Below are positions 57,454 through 64,000 of a stretch of DNA of 64,000 nucleotides, piece after piece. Source of the stretch: Pseudomonadota bacterium (GTDB lineage: Bacteria; Pseudomonadota; Gammaproteobacteria; Pseudomonadales; Cellvibrionaceae); NCBI GenBank assembly GCA_040386215.1, contig JAZKFX010000039.1, positions 66,708 to 130,707 of the forward strand, given 5' to 3'. Below the pieces are notes generated by a model. The model saw only the letters and a program-made list of their open reading frames with translations, ran no database searches and had not been told where the DNA came from. Each line of letters starts with the position of its first letter. Position 1 is the first letter of the stretch. Made by a program: the position numbers and the translations under genes.

Positions 57454-59481
57454 TTAATCAAACAAATTTAGCAAATTTGAAATCGTTTCTTCACCCTTGG
57501 CAACATTTTTTTCCTGACTTGCAATACCAAATCCCTCTCTCTCCACATCGTCTACCGGCAACTCATCCAAAAAGCGACTGGGCACAGTTTCGCTATATTC
57601 GCCGAATTGTTTGCGCTTGCCTGCTAGCGTCATCGTCAAGGTTCGCTGCGCACGCGTAATGCCCACATAGGTAAGACGGCGCTCTTCTTCAATATTGTTA
57701 GCATCAATGCTGTTGCGATGCGGCAATAAATCTTCTTCCATACCGACGATAAAAACGTGGGGGAATTCCAACCCTTTAGACGCATGCAATGTCATTAGCT
57801 GCACTTGATCACTTAGATCCTCTTCTTCCTGCCGCTCAAGCAAATCACGTAATACCAATTTGGCTATGGCATCTTCAATTCGCGGTTCTTCCTCATCATC
57901 AGCAGTTTTGTTTAAACTTTTTTGCAGTGAGTCAATTAAATAAAAAACATTATCAATGCGCTTTTCTGCGGCTTTACTGCTAGGGGAGTTTTGATGCAGC
58001 CAACCGACGTAATCTATATCTTCAACCATTTCACGCACAGCACCTACCGGGTCGGAAGTTGCACAATTAACCGAAACTTGCTTTAACCAATGCGCAAAAC
58101 GAAGTAACCGATCAAGGTTTTTCTCAGCAATGTGGCTGCCTAAGCCAACCTCTTCAATGGCAGCAAATAAACTTATTTCACGCTGGCTAGCGTAACCACC
58201 CAAAGCTTCAAGCGTACTTGTGCCAATGTGACGACGCGGCGTATTAATAACCCGCAAGAACGCATTATCGTCATCAGGATTCACCAATAAACGCAAATAT
58301 CCCATCACATCTTTAATTTCAGTTTTGGCAAAAAAAGACGAGCCGCCACTGATCTTGTAAGGTATTTGGTGTTGCTGTAACTTCATTTCCAGCAACCTTG
58401 ACTGATGATTGCCACGATACAAAACAGCATAATCACGGAACTTACTTTGTTTACGCATACGCTGCGTTAAAATTTCTGTGGCAATACGCTCTGCTTCAGC
58501 GTCCTCATTATTACAACGCAGCACGCGAATCAAATCGCCTAAACCCATTTCACTCCAAAGTGCTTTGTCAAACTCATGGGGATTGTTAGCAATTAAATGG
58601 TTCGCTACGCGCAAAATGCGGCTGGTGGAACGATAATTTTGCTCCAGCTTAATAATTTTTAACTGTGGGTAATCCTGCTTCAACTGCAATAGATTTTCCG
58701 GCCGAGCTCCGCGCCAGGCATAAATAGATTGGTCGTCGTCCCCCACTACCGTAAGCGTGGCTCGATTACCCACCAATAACTTCACTAACAAGTATTGACT
58801 GGAATTAGTGTCTTGGTATTCATCCACTAATAAATAGCGAATCTTCCGCTGCCAACGCAATAGAATCTCACTGTGCTGCTGAAACAAATCAACAGGTATT
58901 AAAATAAGATCGTCGAAGTCAACCGCATTATAAGCACGCAATGCTTGATTATATTGTTGATAAACAAGAGCGATAGTTTGTTCGGCAGGGTTTTGGTTCA
59001 CGGCACTTTGTACCATCTCAAGTGCACGTTTGGGAGTGATTAGATCATTTTTCCAATTGGATATTTGGCTCTGCACTAAATTCAAGTGGTCTTTATCAAG
59101 ATCACCGTCTTTCATCATCAACTCCTTTAACAATGAACGTGCATCTTCAGCATCAAATATAGAAAAGCCTGGCTTGAAACCCAGACTTTTATATTCGCGA
59201 CGAATGATATTAAGGCCTAGATTATGGAAAGTTGAAACCGTTAACCCTTTAGCAGCGCTTCCCTTTACCAAGTTCGCCACTCGTTCTTTCATTTCACGCG
59301 CGGCCTTATTGGTAAAAGTAAGGGCGGCTATGTGGCGTGCCGGAATGTCACACTTTTGAATCAAGTAGGCTATTTTACGGGTAATTACACTGGTCTTACC
59401 GCTACCAGCGCCCGCAAGTACCAAGCAAGGACCATCAATGTATAAAACAGCTTCGTTTTGGCGAGCATTTAACTGGGTCAC
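57454..59481 (-). CDS. rep: ATP-dependent DNA helicase Rep
   Basis: LAGAGSGKT, TFTNKAAREM, VDEYQDTN, VGDDDQSIY, LEQNYRS, TLHASKGLEF, YVGITRA. Confidence 0.96.
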   Translation of the reverse strand: MTQLNARQNEAVLYIDGPCLVLAGAGSGKTSVITRKIAYLIQKCDIPARHIAALTFTNKAAREMKERVANLVKGSAAKGLTVSTFHNLGLNIIRREYKSLGFKPGFSIFDAEDARSLLKELMMKDGDLDKDHLNLVQSQISNWKNDLITPKRALEMVQSAVNQNPAEQTIALVYQQYNQALRAYNAVDFDDLILIPVDLFQQHSEILLRWQRKIRYLLVDEYQDTNSSQYLLVKLLVGNRATLTVVGDDDQSIYAWRGARPENLLQLKQDYPQLKIIKLEQNYRSTSRILRVANHLIANNPHEFDKALWSEMGLGDLIRVLRCNNEDAEAERIATEILTQRMRKQSKFRDYAVLYRGNHQSRLLEMKLQQHQIPYKISGGSSFFAKTEIKDVMGYLRLLVNPDDDNAFLRVINTPRRHIGTSTLEALGGYASQREISLFAAIEEVGLGSHIAEKNLDRLLRFAHWLKQVSVNCATSDPVGAVREMVEDIDYVGWLHQNSPSSKAAEKRIDNVFYLIDSLQKSLNKTADDEEEPRIEDAIAKLVLRDLLERQEEEDLSDQVQLMTLHASKGLEFPHVFIVGMEEDLLPHRNSIDANNIEEERRLTYVGITRAQRTLTMTLAGKRKQFGEYSETVPSRFLDELPVDDVEREGFGIASQEKNVAKGEETISNLLNLFD

Positions 59482-59725
59482 GATACCTCGGAATACTTTT
59501 CGGAATACTTTTTTAAGAGCTATATTGTAACAAGGGCAAACCGACCTGTGGCCCAGTAGTTTTTATAACTACAACTTTTAAAAAACAGCCAAGTGACTTT
59601 GTTTGCTATATAGGAATAAATCTTATTTATTATAGTGGGAGTGAGGTGTAGAGTCACATCTGACAAATACCGCGTCTAAAAAGCGCAATGCTGAGAATAT
59701 TGTATGAAAATAGGGATTAGGCGGT

Positions 59726-61447
59726 ATGGAAAAAGCAATTAAAATTTTATTCATTGACCGTGAATACGGCGAATATTTGTTAATCGCAGATATATTGTCG
59801 CAGGTGCGGCATGTTAATTATGAAGTAATTTGGTGTAACCAGCTTGATGCTGCCCTGCCACAAATCTTATCCAATGAATTCGATGTAGCCTTGCTCGATT
59901 TCTTTTGGGGTGATCTTAGTGCTCGCGATCTGTTAAATGCCGCAAAAGTACAAGCCAATATCACCCCCATTGTTGTAATGACCGATGAAATGGAAATTGA
60001 AGTTGATCGCGATATAATTCGCGCAGGCGCCTCTGATTATCTCATCAAAGGTCAGATTGGCCATCAATTACTAGAGCGCACATTGCGTTATGCGATTGAG
60101 CGCAAACAAACAGAGCAACATTTGGCACGCTTAGCCCACTACGATCAACTCACCGATATTCCCAACCGAATTTTATTTCGCGATCGATTGGAACACGTGC
60201 TTAATTTGGCAAACCGCGATAAAACATCGTTCGCGCTTATGTTTATTGATTTAAATGGATTTAAGTTAGTGAATGATAATTTTGGCCATGATGTTGGGGA
60301 TGTCATTATCCGCATTTGCGCTGAGCGACTAAACGCATGTTTACGGCGCAGTGATTCAGTCGCACGTATTGGCGGGGACGAATTTACATTACTTTTGACG
60401 CATATTGAAAACAGTACTGATGTTGCACATATTGCTGAAAAAATTATTGAAATAATTTCGGAACCAGCAACCATAAATGGTTATGAAGTAGCCGTGGGCT
60501 GTAGTATTGGCATAGCGATTTATCCACAAGCGGGACATGACGCTGAAGGTTTGTTAAAAAATGCCGACATGGCTATGTATAAAGCTAAACAGGAAGACGG
60601 TAGCAGCTTCTGCTTTTTTACCGATGCTATGAATAAAAATGTGCATCGCCAATTAAAGCTGGAAGCAAATTTACGCAAGGCATTAAAAAAAGATCAATTT
60701 TTTCTGCAATATCAGCCGCGCGTGGACATGCACACGAACGAAATTATTGGGCTTGAAGCCTTGTTGCGCTGGAACAACCCGGATAGCGGTGCACTTGATG
60801 CCAGTGAATTTATTTCAGTTGCGGAAGACACGGGGTTAATTACCGCAATTGGTTACTGGGCAATTCGTCAAGCTTGCACAGATTTAAAAAAAATTCATGC
60901 TCAATTTGATAAAAATTTAGTTATGTCTATCAATATTTCCATGCGTCAATTTAAGGATGAGCGCTTGGTACAAGAGATATCAGCCATTTTTGAAGAATTA
61001 GACATTCACGCAGGAGATGTAGAATTGGAATTAACTGAATCTTCCATGATGGAAAATATAGATTTGGTAAGTTTGTGTATGCGACCACTCGCATTTTTCG
61101 GCATTAACTTCGCACTTGATAATTTCGGCACTGGCAGCTCATCATTTCTACATCTACAGCGGCTACCTATTAGTACCGTAAAATTATCGTCACGGTTTAT
61201 GTCTGAGCTACAACGCAATGCTAGCGATCGTCGTTTGGTCGCTGCAATGATCACCCTTGCGCATAATTTAGGTAAAATTGTTGTAGCAGATGGTGTTGAA
61301 ACTTTCGAACAAAAACACTGGCTGCAAGAGGCTGGCTGTGATCATATGCAAGGCTATTATTTTGCTCCACCTCAATCCATAGAAGAGATATGTAAAACAT
61401 TACTCGAACATCAAAGAGTCCATAGCAGCGCCGACATATTAAATTAA
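59726..61447 (+). CDS. Response-regulator receiver plus GGDEF and EAL domain protein
   Basis: REC-like N-terminus; DLNGFK..ND, GGDEF, LEALLRW. The EAL loop reads DNFGTG. Confidence 0.9.
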   Translation: MEKAIKILFIDREYGEYLLIADILSQVRHVNYEVIWCNQLDAALPQILSNEFDVALLDFFWGDLSARDLLNAAKVQANITPIVVMTDEMEIEVDRDIIRAGASDYLIKGQIGHQLLERTLRYAIERKQTEQHLARLAHYDQLTDIPNRILFRDRLEHVLNLANRDKTSFALMFIDLNGFKLVNDNFGHDVGDVIIRICAERLNACLRRSDSVARIGGDEFTLLLTHIENSTDVAHIAEKIIEIISEPATINGYEVAVGCSIGIAIYPQAGHDAEGLLKNADMAMYKAKQEDGSSFCFFTDAMNKNVHRQLKLEANLRKALKKDQFFLQYQPRVDMHTNEIIGLEALLRWNNPDSGALDASEFISVAEDTGLITAIGYWAIRQACTDLKKIHAQFDKNLVMSINISMRQFKDERLVQEISAIFEELDIHAGDVELELTESSMMENIDLVSLCMRPLAFFGINFALDNFGTGSSSFLHLQRLPISTVKLSSRFMSELQRNASDRRLVAAMITLAHNLGKIVVADGVETFEQKHWLQEAGCDHMQGYYFAPPQSIEEICKTLLEHQRVHSSADILN

Positions 61448-61637
61448 AAGTTAAACTTCTCTCTATCAGTGTATAAAGCATCGGATTTACTTTCGTATAA
61501 CATCACAATACTTATCCTAAACTTTCCAAACATCTTCCTTGATAATTCCTGACAAAGACAAAGCACATACTATGCATCCTAATACTATCGACCAAGTACT
61601 TATTCATTCTCTTTAGAAAAAACTTCAACGCAAGAAT

Positions 61638-63128
61638 TTATTGCCGATCCAAAGTGCGGTAACTCAATGCTTCACTCACTTCCTCAGTTCCTGGTTGTTC
61701 TTTATTTCGCATATCAGCCAGTGTGCGCGCTACTTTTAATACGCGATGGTAAGCACGCGTAGATAATCCCAATCTATTAATAGCATGTTCTAATAAAGCT
61801 TTATCCGCGTCACTCAACAAACAATATTTTTCTAATTCCGGAGCGTTCAATTGCTGATTTGCTTTTCCCTGCCTTTGTAATTGCAATGCACGCGCCGCTT
61901 CAACCCGCATTCGGATTATTTGGCTATTTTCTCCCACCGTTTTGCTGTGAATTTCACCCTGACGTAATGCTAGCACTGGCACGTGTAGGTCAATGCGGTC
62001 GAGCATAGGGCCGGATATTCGATCTCGATAACGGCGGACTTGATCAGCGGTACAACGGCACCGATTATCGTTATTACCATAATAGCCGCATGGGCATGGA
62101 TTCATTGCTGCCACCAATTGGAAGCGAGCAGGAAAACAAATTTGCGCACGCGCACGTGATATACGGATTTCCCCACTTTCCAACGGTTCACGTAACACTT
62201 CCAATACGGCACGCGGAAATTCAGGTAGCTCATCCAAAAACAACACTCCGCAGTGGGCGAGCGAGACCTCACCAGGTTTCGGGTTACTGCCCCCTCCCAC
62301 CAAAGCGGCTGCTGAAGCAGTATGATGAGGCGAGCGAAACGGGCGCTTATGCCATGAATGCATAAGTGTTTGCGCAGCAACTGAATAAACAGTAGCTACC
62401 TCAATCATCTCTCTCTCATCAAGCTTCGGAAGTATGCTGGGCAAGCGGCTAGCAAGCATAGTTTTACCGGTGCCGGGAGGACCATAAAGTAGTAAATTAT
62501 GGCCTCCACTGGCAGCTATTTCTAACGCACGCTTCGCTTGGGCCTGTCCTTTTACATCACCCAAGTCCAGAGTTTGATCATCATTTACCGCCTCTAATGC
62601 ACTTGCTTGAAACAGGTGCTCACGATCATGTAGATGCGCGCAAACTTGTAACAAATTTTGCGCACCAAAAATGCGTATTTTACTCAATGCTGCTTCACTG
62701 GCACTTGCGCAACTAATAATTAGTTCGCGCTTAGCATCGCCACATGAAAGTGCAGCCGGTAATGCACCGGTTACTGAGCGTAACTCACCGGATAATGCTA
62801 GCTCCCCTAAAAACTCATAACGACTTAGGATGGGCGCGGGTATTTGCCCCGAAGCGGCGAGAATTCCCAATGCTATAGCTAAATCATAACGACCACCTTC
62901 TTTTGGAAGGTCAGCTGGTGCGAGATTGACGGTAATACGGCGCGCGGGAAACTCAAGATAGCTATTTAAGATAGCGCTACGGACCCGATCTTTGCTTTCC
63001 TTAACCGCAGTTTCGGGCAAGCCAACAATGGCCAGACAGGGTAATCCAGCGGAAATATGGACTTCAACAGTAACTAATGGGGCATTTACACCTAGCTTGG
63101 CACGAGTATAGATAACGGCGAGTGACAT
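61638..63128 (-). CDS. comM: YifB/ComM Mg-chelatase-like AAA+ ATPase
   Basis: IVGLPETAVKESKDRVR, NLAPADLPKEG, GPPGTGKT, FLDELPEF, AAMNPCPCG, DRID. Confidence 0.94.
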   Translation of the reverse strand: MSLAVIYTRAKLGVNAPLVTVEVHISAGLPCLAIVGLPETAVKESKDRVRSAILNSYLEFPARRITVNLAPADLPKEGGRYDLAIALGILAASGQIPAPILSRYEFLGELALSGELRSVTGALPAALSCGDAKRELIISCASASEAALSKIRIFGAQNLLQVCAHLHDREHLFQASALEAVNDDQTLDLGDVKGQAQAKRALEIAASGGHNLLLYGPPGTGKTMLASRLPSILPKLDEREMIEVATVYSVAAQTLMHSWHKRPFRSPHHTASAAALVGGGSNPKPGEVSLAHCGVLFLDELPEFPRAVLEVLREPLESGEIRISRARAQICFPARFQLVAAMNPCPCGYYGNNDNRCRCTADQVRRYRDRISGPMLDRIDLHVPVLALRQGEIHSKTVGENSQIIRMRVEAARALQLQRQGKANQQLNAPELEKYCLLSDADKALLEHAINRLGLSTRAYHRVLKVARTLADMRNKEQPGTEEVSEALSYRTLDRQ

Positions 63129-63244
63129 AGGCGTTCCTTGCTGAATAATATTTAATGGCTCATCGCCGATAATGACTAAACTTGATCCATAGCTTTATCT
63201 ATGCACAGAATATAAACAATCCAAACCCATAAAGCAAAACGAGC

Positions 63245-63517
63245 TCACTTAGGTTCGAACGTTTCCATGCTGTCTACGTTTCTATCTGTACTATATTTTT
63301 CCAGTTGGGTGCAACGCTGCTCAAGAGCTTCAAGCTTCATTCTGGTACGTTGCAACACTGCCGCCTGGGCATCAAATTCGTCGCGAGTTACCAAGTCTAA
63401 GCGCGTCAATATCGATTGTAAGCTAGCTTGCAATTCACGTTTCGGAATTAAGTTACCAAGTATAGGTAAGGCTTGCTGTAGCTCTTGGTTAAGCCTCTTG
63501 GCTAGTTCACTAATCAT
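63245..63517 (-). CDS. ubiK: Ubiquinone biosynthesis accessory factor (UbiK/YqiC/BMFP)
   Basis: LDLVTRDEFDAQAAVLQRTR.KLEALE; usual position between comM and glnK. Confidence 0.88.
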   Translation of the reverse strand: MISELAKRLNQELQQALPILGNLIPKRELQASLQSILTRLDLVTRDEFDAQAAVLQRTRMKLEALEQRCTQLEKYSTDRNVDSMETFEPK

Positions 63518-63653
63518 AAAAAGCTCCTCAAAAAAAATTCTAATGCAGTGTACCGACTGTTCAATGCCGGGTCATTAATGACAATGATAATTTTTTGGTG
63601 CCTCCTAAATTTTTGACGAATAAAGGTTTCATCCCAAAACAGTGCTTTGTGCC

Positions 63654-63779
63654 CGCACCAATGCTCTAAATTGGTGCCAGCACTATTGTTACACTCAAAC
63701 TTTACCTTATCCAATACGTACTTACATTCCCTATATGTTTGAATTTTAAGGAGTAATTTTTTTTGGCCTATAAAATGCA
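63654..63779 (+). promoter_or_regulatory. sigma54 promoter and NtrC-like site for glnK
   Basis: TGGCCTATAAAATGCA (63764-63779) has canonical GG-N10-GC spacing. TGCTCTAAATTGGTGCC (63662-63678) resembles TGCACCA-N3-TGGTGCA. Confidence 0.7.
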
Positions 63780-63918
63780 AAATCAGTTCTGAATAAAAAG
63801 TTTAATCAATTTGCCAATCAAACGGCGTAATTGATTTGGCTTTTGTGGTTTCCATGCTGAAGAAAGTTGTATTTCAGTGCTTCCTACATAAATATGTAGG
63901 ATTTTGAGGGGTGCAGAT

Positions 63919-64000
63919 ATGAAGTTAATTGCGGCAGTTATAAAACCATTCAAGCTAGATGCAGTGCGTGAGGCTCTATCCGAGATTGGCGTACATGGAA
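63919..64000 (+). CDS. glnK: P-II nitrogen regulator (3' end outside window)
   Basis: [27 protein letters not shown]; GAGG RBS. Confidence 0.92.
   Translation, partial: MKLIAAVIKPFKLDAVREALSEIGVHG

Noticed and set aside
63514-63780. 88-aa minus-strand ORF
   Set aside because: No recognisable motif; it overlaps the glnK sigma54 promoter and NtrC-like site.

Overview
Chromosomal window of a cellulolytic gammaproteobacterium. The CBM10/CBM2 modules on poly-Ser linkers point to Cellvibrio or another Cellvibrionaceae genus (inference). (1) 1-8.7 kb is an accessory stretch after a 5'-truncated pilS-like kinase. It holds a metzincin protease fused to CBM10 and CBM2, an orphan periplasmic binding protein, a membrane-anchored AraC regulator, a GH16-CBM6 beta-glucanase, and a BlaI repressor/M56 peptidase pair with two operator palindromes and a secretin N0-N1-like C-terminal domain. 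(2) 8.8-12.5 kb is housekeeping: acs, panD, panC and tRNA-Arg(CCG), the last preceded by an interrupted duplicate of its own 5' half. (3) About 12.6-56.8 kb is a ~44 kb exosortase/PEP-CTERM-type exopolysaccharide locus. It encodes a priming sugar transferase, Wza, a split Wzc, an outer-membrane barrel, a TPR lipoprotein, 8 further glycosyltransferases, 4 deacetylases, a FemAB-like protein, an ATP-grasp ligase, FkbH, an acyltransferase, an LMW-PTP, a PglK-like ABC exporter, a DegT aminotransferase, an exosortase, a Ser-repeat lipoprotein and PrsK/PrsR. No Wzx flippase, acyl carrier protein or PEP-CTERM substrate is visible in the window. (4) 56.9-64 kb is core: cytochrome c5, rep, a REC-GGDEF-EAL protein, comM/yifB, ubiK and the start of glnK with a sigma54 promoter. 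I saw no CRISPR array, rRNA, integrase or intact transposase. All family assignments come from motif recognition by eye; no database search was run.
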